Shown: positions 51,483 through 60,199 of the stretch, piece by piece
Position numbering within the stretch: position 1 is the first letter of the stretch
Layout of the letters: the number at the start of each line of letters is the position of its first letter
Assembly: GCA_039648995.1 (NCBI GenBank)
Contig: JBBWZH010000215.1
Location: 1 to 61,066 of the forward strand
Reading direction: 5' to 3'
DNA length: 61,066 nucleotides
From: Mycobacteriales bacterium
GTDB taxonomy: Bacteria > Actinomycetota > Actinomycetes > Mycobacteriales > CADCTP01
Program-made: the position numbers and the translations under genes
Notes under the pieces: generated by a model
Told to the model about the DNA's origin: nothing
Database searches by the model: none
The model's input: the letters and a program-made list of their open reading frames with translations, nothing else

Positions 51483-52736
51483 TCAGCGCGACGTGAAGCG
51501 CACCGGCATCCGCCCGAACCCCCAGAGGAACGTGTCCGGTAGACGCAGGTACGGCCCGGCGAGGTCGATCCTGCCGACGTGCGTACGCAGCTGGTCGATC
51601 AGCACGGCCAGCTCCAGCCGCGCCAACGCCGCCCCCAGGCAGTAGTGCGCGCCGAGGCCGAACGTCAGGTGCCGGTTGGGGGTGCGCCCGAGCCGGAGCA
51701 CGTCCGGCGCCTCGAAGAGGTCCTCGTCGCGGTTCGCCGACGGCGTCCAGAGCGTGACGACCTCGCCGGGATCGATCGTGACGCCGCGGATCTCGACGCT
51801 GCCGGTGCAGGTCCGCAGCACGTGCAGGCCGGGGGTCGTCCAGCGGAGGATCTCCTCGACGGCGGGCTCGAGCGCCACCTCGGACGCCCGCAGCGCCGCC
51901 CACTCGGCGCCGAACTCGCTGAACGCGAGGACGGCGCCCGCGGACGCGTGCCGGGTGGTCTCGTTCCCGGCCGTCACGATGCCGCCGCAGTTGAGCATCA
52001 CGTCCTCGTCGCTGAGCCGACGACCGTCGACCAGGCCGGACACCAGAGCGCTGATGACGTCGTCGCCCGGGTCCGCCCGCCGTGCCGGGATCAGCTCCAG
52101 GTAGTACAGGTAGATCTCGGCGTTGCCGGCCTCGCGCTCCGCCCTGGTGGCCGGCCGCCCGTCGTCGAGCTCCCAGCCGAACGCGCTGCTGGTGAGGCGG
52201 CTCATCCAGGCCCAGTCCTGCCGCGGCACACCCATCAGGTCGCAGACGACCGTCGTCGGTATCCGGGCCGCGATCTCGCTGACGAAGTCGAACTCGCCCG
52301 CGTCGACGCGCTCGCGCACGAGGCCGCCGATCGTGGCGGTGAGGCTGTCCCGCAGCCGCGCCATCATCCGCGGCCCGAACACCGGCGCGAGTATGTGCCG
52401 CAGCTTCGTGTGCAGGGGCGGGTCGGTGACGACGAGCATGCGCCCGCTGGCCGCGAGCGCGGCGTCGTCCTGGTGCCCGAGCAGCATCCCGGTCGTGGAG
52501 GTGAAGTCGCGGGTGTTCCGCAGGACGGCGACCTGGTCCTGGTACTTCGTCAGGGCCCAGAACCCGGACGGCAGCTGCGCTGTCGGCGGGTTGCGGAAGA
52601 CCGGCGCGTTGCGGCGCAGCCAGGCCCACACCGGCAGCGGGTCACCGGTCGCGTAGAGGTCCGGATCGGCCAGGTCGACCGGGCGACCGTCAACGACGAG
52701 TCGCCGGTTGTCGTCGCGGGTGATGTCCGCGGCCAC
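51483..52736 (-). CDS. Cytochrome P450, carrier-protein-dependent amino-acid beta-hydroxylase type (OxyD/NikQ/NovI/P450sky-like)
   Basis: GTG 52736 with GGGAGG RBS; DLADPDLY, GFWALTKY, GRMLVVTDPP, LNCGGIVTAGNETTRHA, EEILR, FGLGAHYCLG; lies between two NRPS genes. Confidence 0.9.
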   Translation of the reverse strand: MAADITRDDNRRLVVDGRPVDLADPDLYATGDPLPVWAWLRRNAPVFRNPPTAQLPSGFWALTKYQDQVAVLRNTRDFTSTTGMLLGHQDDAALAASGRMLVVTDPPLHTKLRHILAPVFGPRMMARLRDSLTATIGGLVRERVDAGEFDFVSEIAARIPTTVVCDLMGVPRQDWAWMSRLTSSAFGWELDDGRPATRAEREAGNAEIYLYYLELIPARRADPGDDVISALVSGLVDGRRLSDEDVMLNCGGIVTAGNETTRHASAGAVLAFSEFGAEWAALRASEVALEPAVEEILRWTTPGLHVLRTCTGSVEIRGVTIDPGEVVTLWTPSANRDEDLFEAPDVLRLGRTPNRHLTFGLGAHYCLGAALARLELAVLIDQLRTHVGRIDLAGPYLRLPDTFLWGFGRMPVRFTSR

Positions 52737-52737
52737 C

Positions 52738-55700
52738 TCAGCGCCTCCCTCGGGCCGGCACCGCGGCGGCGTGCAGCCGGTCGACCGCCTCCGACAGCCG
52801 GATCCCGGGATCGGCGCCGCAGCCAGCGACCAGGTCCGTGAACATGCCGGCGAGCCGCCGGGCACCGGGGTCGTCGAACACGTTGCACGCGTACTCGAAG
52901 CCGCACTCGGCGCGGTCGTCCCGGAGCCCGACCTCGAGCGTGAGGTCGAACTTCGAGGTCCCGTTATGCCAGCGGCGTTCGGTCGAGGCGAGGCCGGCCC
53001 CGACCGGGCGGGACAGGTCCTTGTCGTCGTGCAGCACGATCGCGGCCTGGAACAGCGGGTTGCCGGTGCCCGCCCGCGCCGGGTTCACCGCCTGCACGAC
53101 CCGCTCGAAGGGCACCCACCGGTAGCTGTCCGCCTCGATGATGTCCACCCGCGTCCGCCGCACCTGTTCCAGGAAGGTCGGGTCGCCCGCGCCGTCGCTG
53201 CGCATCGCGTTCATGTTCACGTAGTAGCCGACCGACCCCTCGAACTCGACGCGCTCGCGGAGGCTTACCGGGACGCCGATCACGGGGCTCCGGGCCGTGG
53301 TCACCGCGCCCAGCAGCCAGGCGTACGCCGCGAAGAACGGCATGAACGCGGTGGCGCCGCAGGCGGTTGCCACGGCCCGCATCGCGTCCAGCTCGGGACG
53401 CCGGACGACGGCGTGCAGCCGCACGCCGGAGCCGTCCGACCGTGGCACCGGGGACGCCGGCGCGCGCCAGCGCGCCGGCTCGACGCCGCGCAGGCGCTCC
53501 GCCCAGAACCGCAGGCCGTCGCTCAGCTGGTGCTCGACCCGGTGCCGTTCGAGCGCGGCGAACTGCCGGTAGGCGTCATCGGGCCCGGTCAGCGCGCCGC
53601 CCGCGTAGCGCGTGCAGGTGTCGTTCCACAGCACCCGCCACGACCACTCGTCGCACACCGCGTGGTGGGCCACGAGGACGAGCAGGTGGCGGTCCGGGCC
53701 GCGGGCGATCAGCGCGGCCCGCAGCAGCGGCGGGCGGGCGACGTCGAACGGCTCGTTGACGATGTCGCGAACCGCGCGGTCGGCGGCCCCGTCGTCCAGG
53801 CCCGACAGGTCGAGCCGGCGGAGGCCGACCCGGACGTCGTCGGCCGGCGTGTTGGTCACCTGCCCGTTCCGGTACCGCAGCGCGGACCGGAGCATGGTCT
53901 GCCGGCCGGCCGCCTCGCTCAGCGACCGCGCCAGCCGGGCCCGGTCCAGGACGCCGGTCAGCTCGAGCACGTGGTAGTCGTTGTAGTCGGCACGCCCGCG
54001 GTCGACCTGGTTCAGCCACCAGAGCGCCCGCTGGCCCGCGGTCGCCGCGAACTCCGCCGAGGCGGCCCCTGCCGGGGCCGCTGCCGCCGCAGCCGGGGCG
54101 GGCGCGGCGGCGACACCGTCCGCCGCGGTCGTGCTGGCCCGCTCCTGCTCCGCCACGGCGCGGTCGATCGCCGCGGCCAGCGCCGCGAGCGTCCGCTCCT
54201 GGAACACGACCTTCAGCGGGATGCGGAGCCCGAAGCCGGCGCGGATCCGCGCCACCACCTGCGCCACCGTGACCGAGTGCGCGCCCAGCTCGAAGATGTC
54301 GTCGTTCGCCCGCAACCGGTCGCGACCCAGGACGTCGGACCATATCGCGGCCACGCGCCGCTCGGTCGGTGACAACGCCGGCGGCTCGGGCGGCTCGGGC
54401 GGCGGCGGCTCGGGCCGGTCGCCGAGCAGCGCCGCGACATCGGTCTTCCCGCCCGGCGTCGTCGGCAGCTCATCGACGAGGTGAATCTCGGCCGGGACCA
54501 TGAACGCGGGCAGCCGCTGCTCGAGGAACTCGCGGATGTCGGCCGTCGTGAGCGGCATCGCGCCCAGCTGGCGCGGGCTCGCCGGTCGGGGCCGCGTACC
54601 GGCCGCGCGCGCGTAGACGTAGTGGATCGACTGGTCCCGACCGACCGACCAGTCCTCCTCGACGCCGACGTGGAAGCCGTGTCGCCGCAGCAGCTCGGTC
54701 GCCCGGCCGAGCGCCCCGTCCACGTCCTCGAGTTCGAGCGCTACCTGCCGGACCCGCCGCCAGTCGACCGGGTCGACGCCCGCCAGCACGGCAAGCTCGG
54801 AGCGCTCGACGTTGATCTTCAGCAGGTGGACCCGGTCGATCTGGTGCTCGGCCAGCAGGCCGGAGAGCGCGCGGACCCGGACCGTCCGGGAGTGTGCCGT
54901 GAGGCGGTCCGCGGCCAGCTCACGCAGCTCGTCGAGCGACTCCGCGACGCGGCTGTCGCGGGTGCTCGCCCGCTCGAGGAACGACGCCACCAGCGCCCGG
55001 TCCCGGGCCGGGTTGGCGTGCAGCCCGGAGAGGTAGGAGAACTCGTCGTAGCTGCGGAGCTCCGCGTCCCCGTCGCCGGCGCCGACCGCCAGCTCGTGCA
55101 GCTCGGCGCGGGTTCCGTGCAGCTCCGCGTTGGCCCGGAAGACGTCCGCCGCCCGCGGGTTCGGCTCGAACGCCACGTACCGGTCGAGACGCGCGCGGGA
55201 GTGTGCGAACAGCATGAACATGCCGACGTTCGCCCCGACATCGACGACGGTGTCGCCGTCGGCGAGCGCCAGCCCGTGCCGCAGGTAGGCGTTCCGCACG
55301 AAGATGTCCTCGAAGAGGAAGCGGGTCTCGTGCTCGTTGAGGCTCGCCGGGGCGAGGCGGTCGCCGCAGGCCACCCGCGGGTAGCCGCGGAACGCCTGCC
55401 GCCGCTCGGGGATCGCGACCACGAAGGCGACCAGCGTCGTGTCACCGCCGGTGCGCGACCGACCGGCGCCGGCCGCGCCGGCCACGCCGGGATGCGCGGC
55501 CAGCGTCGCCGCGACCTCCTCCGGCTCGACCCGGTACCCGCGGATCTTCACCTGGTCGTCGACCCGGCCGACGATCGTGACCGCGTCACCGCTCGTCCTG
55601 CGCGCGAGGTCGCCGGTGCGGTAGAGCCGGGCGCCCACCGCCCCGGACAAGTGGTCCGGTACGAACGCGGCAGCGGTCGCGCGGGCGTCCCCGGCATAGC

Positions 55701-56802
55701 CGTACGCCAGACCGACACCGCCGAGGCAGAGCTCCCCGACCCGGCCCACCGGAACCTCGCCGAGGTCGGCGTCCAGCACGTAGGCCCGCATCCCGTCGAT
55801 CGCGCGACCCACGCTCATCGGCCGGCTGTCATCTCCGGTCAGCTCGTCGACACCGGCGGTCGCGTTGACGGAGGCCTCGGTGGGCCCGTACTGGTTGGTC
55901 AGGCGCGCGGGCAACCTCGCGAGCAGCCGCCGCGCGTCGCGCTCGTACAGGATCTGGCCGCCGGACCACACGTGCCGCAGCGATCGACACGCGCCGAAGG
56001 ACGGCTCGTCCGCGAGAGCCCGCAGCATCGGCGGCACCGAGTGCACGACGGTGACACCGTTCGCCGTGATCGCGGCGCAGATCTCGGCGGGATCCCGCTC
56101 GCTGCCCGCGGGGGCGACGACGACCGTGCCGCCCGCGCCGAGCGCCGAGTAGATCTCACCGAGCGAGGCGTCGAAGGAGAACGGCGCCTTCCACAGCACC
56201 CGGTCGCGCCCGTCCAGCCGGTGGAACCTGATGCCCCACACGATCCGGTTCCAGAGCCCGGCGTGCGGTACGAGAACAGCCTTGGGTCGACCGGTCGTGC
56301 CGGACGTGAAGAACACGACCGCTGGATCGCTGTCGGCCGCGCCGGCCGCGCCCCTCGGGTGCGATCCGCTCCCGCCGGCCACCGGCAGGCACGTCACTCC
56401 GGTCGGGCCCAGCCGAGGCGCGAGGCCGTCGCCGGTGAGGACCGTGCCGACCCGGGCGATGTCGATCATCGAACGGAGGCGCCCGAGCGGGTACTCCGGG
56501 TCGAGGGGAACACAGATGCCGCCGGCCGTCCAGGTCGCCAGCTGCGCGACGATGGCGTCGACCGATCGGTGCGCGCACACGCCAATGCGCTCGCCGCGGC
56601 AGTCACCGAGCGAGCCCGCCAGCGTACGTACCAGTCCGAGCAGCTCGCCGTACGTCACGTCCCGGGCGGTGTCCCGGACGGCGACCCGTTCCGGATGCCG
56701 ACGCGCGACACCGGTCACCACCGCGAGCAGCGTACGGGCGGATCTCGCCTCAGGCGCCACGGTCATCCCTTCTGCAGGACGCTCAGCACCGACCGCGGTC
56801 AC
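52738..56802 (-). CDS. NRPS A(interrupted by FkbM-type methyltransferase)-T-C
   Basis: Start GTG 56802 or ATG 56766; A FTSGTTGRPK, NQYGPTE, YRTGD, GRVDDQVKIRG (A8); then MT NEHETRFLFEDIF..VVDVGANVG..AFEP..LLKINVE; then A9/A10 LPAFMVP..GGKTD; T GAHSV; C HHAVCDEWS. Code by eye DAGHWGQVNK. Confidence 0.93.
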   Translation of the reverse strand: MTAVGAERPAEGMTVAPEARSARTLLAVVTGVARRHPERVAVRDTARDVTYGELLGLVRTLAGSLGDCRGERIGVCAHRSVDAIVAQLATWTAGGICVPLDPEYPLGRLRSMIDIARVGTVLTGDGLAPRLGPTGVTCLPVAGGSGSHPRGAAGAADSDPAVVFFTSGTTGRPKAVLVPHAGLWNRIVWGIRFHRLDGRDRVLWKAPFSFDASLGEIYSALGAGGTVVVAPAGSERDPAEICAAITANGVTVVHSVPPMLRALADEPSFGACRSLRHVWSGGQILYERDARRLLARLPARLTNQYGPTEASVNATAGVDELTGDDSRPMSVGRAIDGMRAYVLDADLGEVPVGRVGELCLGGVGLAYGYAGDARATAAAFVPDHLSGAVGARLYRTGDLARRTSGDAVTIVGRVDDQVKIRGYRVEPEEVAATLAAHPGVAGAAGAGRSRTGGDTTLVAFVVAIPERRQAFRGYPRVACGDRLAPASLNEHETRFLFEDIFVRNAYLRHGLALADGDTVVDVGANVGMFMLFAHSRARLDRYVAFEPNPRAADVFRANAELHGTRAELHELAVGAGDGDAELRSYDEFSYLSGLHANPARDRALVASFLERASTRDSRVAESLDELRELAADRLTAHSRTVRVRALSGLLAEHQIDRVHLLKINVERSELAVLAGVDPVDWRRVRQVALELEDVDGALGRATELLRRHGFHVGVEEDWSVGRDQSIHYVYARAAGTRPRPASPRQLGAMPLTTADIREFLEQRLPAFMVPAEIHLVDELPTTPGGKTDVAALLGDRPEPPPPEPPEPPALSPTERRVAAIWSDVLGRDRLRANDDIFELGAHSVTVAQVVARIRAGFGLRIPLKVVFQERTLAALAAAIDRAVAEQERASTTAADGVAAAPAPAAAAAAPAGAASAEFAATAGQRALWWLNQVDRGRADYNDYHVLELTGVLDRARLARSLSEAAGRQTMLRSALRYRNGQVTNTPADDVRVGLRRLDLSGLDDGAADRAVRDIVNEPFDVARPPLLRAALIARGPDRHLLVLVAHHAVCDEWSWRVLWNDTCTRYAGGALTGPDDAYRQFAALERHRVEHQLSDGLRFWAERLRGVEPARWRAPASPVPRSDGSGVRLHAVVRRPELDAMRAVATACGATAFMPFFAAYAWLLGAVTTARSPVIGVPVSLRERVEFEGSVGYYVNMNAMRSDGAGDPTFLEQVRRTRVDIIEADSYRWVPFERVVQAVNPARAGTGNPLFQAAIVLHDDKDLSRPVGAGLASTERRWHNGTSKFDLTLEVGLRDDRAECGFEYACNVFDDPGARRLAGMFTDLVAGCGADPGIRLSEAVDRLHAAAVPARGRR

Positions 56803-56833
56803 TGAGGCCGACCAGGATCGGTTGCGGACGCGG

Positions 56834-57856
56834 TCAGTCGCCGTCCGAGTCGGCGGTGCGCATCGCCGCGCTGCCGCCGCGCCGCTCCAGCCGCTCGGCC
56901 AGCTCCTGCCACGCCTCCGCGCAGTCGCGGGCGAGGTCGACGATCAGCTCCACGCAGTGCGCCGGCACGGCGTCGGGCACCCAGGTGTTGTCGTCGACGC
57001 CGATCGCGTGGTGCAGCAGCCAGCGCAGCAGTTGCCGGCCGCTCTCGGAGAACCGGAGCGTCGGGTCGTCACGCAGCCGGCCGAGAATTGTCAGCCGCGT
57101 CCTCGGGTCGCGCGAGGCCGGCGCGGCTCTGTCCTGGTGCGGATCCGCGACCTCCAGCCGGGCGCCCGCTAGCCGGCGCGCCGGCCGCCGGACGACCGGA
57201 TCCTCACCGCGTTGCAGCCGTTCCCGCACATCCCGGGCGGTGCCCACGGCGATGCCGCAGGACCGTGCGATCTCGCGCAGCGACGCGCGCGGCCGGGCGC
57301 GGATCATGTCGGCCGCGCGCCGCCGGCCCGGCGCCGAGTTGAGCGGGCGCACCCGGCCGTCCAGCCCCAGCCGGGCGTCCAACTGTCCGGCTTCGACAGT
57401 TGAACGCCGGACCGCGCCGACCGTGTCGGGAGCGAGGCCCGTCGATGCCGCGACCCGCCGATCCGACCAATCCGGACGGTGCCGCAGGATCCGCGCCGCG
57501 GCGGCATGCCGGTCAGCGATCGACAGGGGCATCCCGTGCTTGATATTGGCCTCGACGGCCAACACGAACGCTGCCTCTTCGTCGCCCTTGAAGAACACCA
57601 CCGGAATTTGTGCCTCGCCACGTAGCTCGGCGGCCCGGAGTCGGTGCACTCCGTCAATGACACACATTGTCGAATGGTGCACGGTAATGGGCGGCAGTGG
57701 AGCGCCGCACTCGGCTAGCGCCATCGTGTGTTCGGTGTTCTCGCCGTTCAGACGCGGCGAATCTGCTACCTTGATAGCGTTGATCTCAACGTATACGGCA
57801 TCGGCTGTCCGCATGTCGTCGTCAGTTGCGATCCGGCCGTTTTCCTCATCCGACAT
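56834..57856 (-). CDS. StrR-family pathway-specific transcriptional activator (ParB-like N-terminus plus HTH)
   Basis: DSPRLNGE, LPPITVH, IDGVHRLRAA, ANIKHGMPLS, PDWSDRRVA, GLDGRVRP, ASLREIAR..GTARDVR: the pattern of StrR/NovG/Bbr. Confidence 0.92.
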   Translation of the reverse strand: MSDEENGRIATDDDMRTADAVYVEINAIKVADSPRLNGENTEHTMALAECGAPLPPITVHHSTMCVIDGVHRLRAAELRGEAQIPVVFFKGDEEAAFVLAVEANIKHGMPLSIADRHAAAARILRHRPDWSDRRVAASTGLAPDTVGAVRRSTVEAGQLDARLGLDGRVRPLNSAPGRRRAADMIRARPRASLREIARSCGIAVGTARDVRERLQRGEDPVVRRPARRLAGARLEVADPHQDRAAPASRDPRTRLTILGRLRDDPTLRFSESGRQLLRWLLHHAIGVDDNTWVPDAVPAHCVELIVDLARDCAEAWQELAERLERRGGSAAMRTADSDGD

Positions 57857-57886
57857 AGCGTCCTGATCCGCTTCGAGAGTCGGGGC

Positions 57887-57920
57887 TGTCGTAAGTACGG
57901 TCTCGATAACACCTACGACA
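57887..57920. promoter_or_regulatory. Imperfect inverted repeat upstream of the StrR-family gene
   Basis: TGTCGTAAGT-N14-ACCTACGACA (9 of 10 complementary), 30 nt upstream of the ATG. Confidence 0.35.
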
Positions 57921-58246
57921 ATAGCTGACTCGAGCAGTGGTCAGGTTGTCGGATAACCGCCGGTCTCATATGCCAAGTGCTCCCCAACGGTGAGACATAG
58001 CCCGTACCATCCGGCGGGAGGTACCCTGAAGTCGCTCTAGCGGTCGGGCCTGACGGCCGAGCCGTTGCGACGGCGCGAGAGTGGAGCACGCCTCAGGCCC
58101 CCTTTCGTAGTGGCCTGAGTCGTCGTCAATTCCGCAGTGGACGGCGACGGTGTCGAGGATCCGGTTGCGGATCCACACGTCGCGGCAGGCCTGCAGCTCC
58201 GCGCGACGGCGGGCGCCGTTGAGATAGGGCACGCAGCTGCCTGGGC

Positions 58247-59272
58247 TCAGCCGGTCGTAGCATTTGATCTTGGAAGTTGGGCGGGACAGGATCTGGCCGT
58301 GCGTGACATGTTGATGTTGGCCGATCGGAGGAGATCTCCCGTGGACTGGTCGGCGGCTTGCGTCTCGAGGAGATCGGGCTGCGGTTGGGTCGTGATCCGT
58401 CGGTGATATGTCGTGGGGTGGCCCGGCACGGCGGCCGTGTCGAGTACCGGGCGGTGGCCGTGGGCGATGCGGCGGCCGGGGCTCGGGGTCGGCCGGAGGC
58501 GTTGGCGGTGGACCGGTCGGCCCGGCTGCGGGAGGTGGTCGGGCGGCTGCTGAGCGGCGGGTGGTCGCCGGCGTCGATCGCGGGTCGGTTGCCGGTCGAC
58601 TACGCCACCGATCAGGCTTGCCGGGTGTCGCACGGGGCGATCTATCAGTGGGTCTACGCCCAGCCGGTGTCGAGCCTGGCCGGGCAGCTGATCGCCTGCG
58701 CGGCGGCCGTACCGCCCGCCGCGGCGGGCCCCGGCCGCCTGCACCGCGGATCCGCGAGCCCCGCTACATCGAGGAGCGCCCGGCTGAGGCCGGGGGCCGG
58801 GCGGTGCCCGGGCACTGGGAGGGCGACTTGGTGATCGGCAAGAACGGCGCCAGCGCGGTCGCGACCCTGGTGGAGCGCACGTCGCGGTTTCTCATCCTGG
58901 TGCCGCTGACCGGCAGGGACTCCCTTACCGTCGGGCAGGCCGTCATCGCGGCCACCGGCGGCCTGCCCGCCGGGGTCCGCCGGTCGCTGACCTGGGACTG
59001 CGGCGCGGAGATGGCCCGCCACGCCACGATCACCGCGACCGGCCTGCCGGTGTACTTCGCCCACCCGCACTCCCCGTGGGAACGCGGCAGCAACGAGAAC
59101 CTCAACCGGATCGTCCGCGAGTTCTTCCCGAAAGGGGTGCCCATCACGTCCGACCCGAACTATCTGGCGATGGTGGCTTCCGAAATCAACGACCGACCCC
59201 GTAAGATCCACCATTGGAAGAAGCCCTCCGAGATTCACCGAACTCGTCGAGGCAAATGCTTCCACCGGCTGA
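58247..59272 (+). mobile_element. IS30-family insertion sequence (degenerate)
   Basis: Terminal inverted repeats TCAGCCGGTCGTAGCATTTG (58247-58266) and CAAATGCTTCCACCGGCTGA (59253-59272), 18 of 20 complementary, flanking an IS30 transposase. The true ends may extend a few bases further. Confidence 0.85.
58299..59272 (+). pseudogene. IS30-family DDE transposase with about three frameshifts
   Basis: The HTH (EISRGL..IGLRLGRDPSVICR) and VSHGAIYQWVY are in one frame; GHWEGDLVIG, TLVERTSRF, LTWDCGAEM, PWERGSNENLN and NDRPRK are in another. Shifts near 58328, 58696 and 59234. Confidence 0.88.
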
Positions 59273-59805
59273 ATTCGCCGCCAACTGGCGCCAGACTGGC
59301 CAACCTGATCGGATCCCTACACACGACAGGCCCAGTCCCCACCCTGGCCGGCCCACGCCGATACCAGCACCGCGGGCGAGCTGCCCGACCTCATTTCCGG
59401 CCGTATTTACGCTTGATGACTCGAGGTCCCGAGATTGGCAATTCGACGGCGGCCCGAATCGGGAATATCGGCGGTGTACCTCCATTCCATTCAGCGAATA
59501 GTCGGAAATTCGCCTTGGGTGAATGTCAGTCGCGGGCAGCTGGTGGAGGTCGAGTATTCGACCCTGGCGGTATTCTGGCGGTTCCTGCCGCAGGTGTGGG
59601 GTTGGAGGTGTCGGTGCGCAACCTGCCCGGGTGTCTTCTGCACCAGGACTCGGCCCCGGGCCGGCAGGTAGCGGCCGGTTTGCAGGACGAGGCGGCGGCG
59701 ACGTGGGGCCGGAACTCGTAGCTGCGCCGGGGCGTGCACGTACCTGCTGACAACGCTGGGGGTGTGGCGGTGGTCGTGGCCGGCGGGAGGGGTTGGTCGG
59801 TGACA

Positions 59806-60096
59806 GGGGGTCGGTCCCGTCCGTCCGAAGCACCTGCCCTGGGACGAACGGGAACGCATCCTCGCCTCCGTCTGGATCTGGTACCACGCCACCGACGGCG
59901 ACCGCACCTATAACCCGCACATGCGCCGCGACTGGAGCGACCTCGGCCGGGTCAGCCCGACCGCCAAGTACGTCAGCAGCCGATGGCATCACTCACCGGC
60001 GGTGACGGCCTTTACCAGCCGCTACGCGACCGCCTCCAGAACTACCTGTCTGGCATCGAGATCGTGATCGACTCGGCAAGGACGTGGTCCCGTTAA
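59806..60096 (+). pseudogene. Probable 3' gene remnant of unknown family
   Basis: A startless frame with GC3-rich codons (PKHLPWDERERILASVWIWYHATDGDRTYNPHMRRDWSDLG) appears to continue after a frameshift as LTGGDGLYQPLRDRLQNYLSGIEIVIDSARTWSR-stop. Confidence 0.3.
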
Positions 60097-60199
60097 CCGA
60101 GTTTCGTCCGCGACCGACGCCGCGCGGCATGCGTCGGCTTACCGGCAGTTCCCGGAAGCGGGGTTGGCGTGGTCGTATGAGCGGGTGGTCGTTGGGGTT

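Noticed and set aside
47282-56805. Long plus-strand ORFs 47282..51496, 52708..54372 and 54481..56805 (also 31342..34224)
   Set aside because: Antisense shadows of NRPS and tailoring genes.
56834-57856. Plasmid or chromosome partition protein ParB
   Set aside because: No parA nearby; the full motif set and position match StrR-family activators.
58092-58119. 8-bp hairpin CTCAGGCC-N12-GGCCTGAG as a terminator
   Set aside because: No supported gene ends there and there is no U-tract; short GC-rich stems arise by chance.
59273-59992. C-terminal tail of ORF 58408..59721 and minus-strand ORF 59186..59992
   Set aside because: Read-through past the IS end after a frameshift, and the antisense of a remnant; no protein-like motifs.
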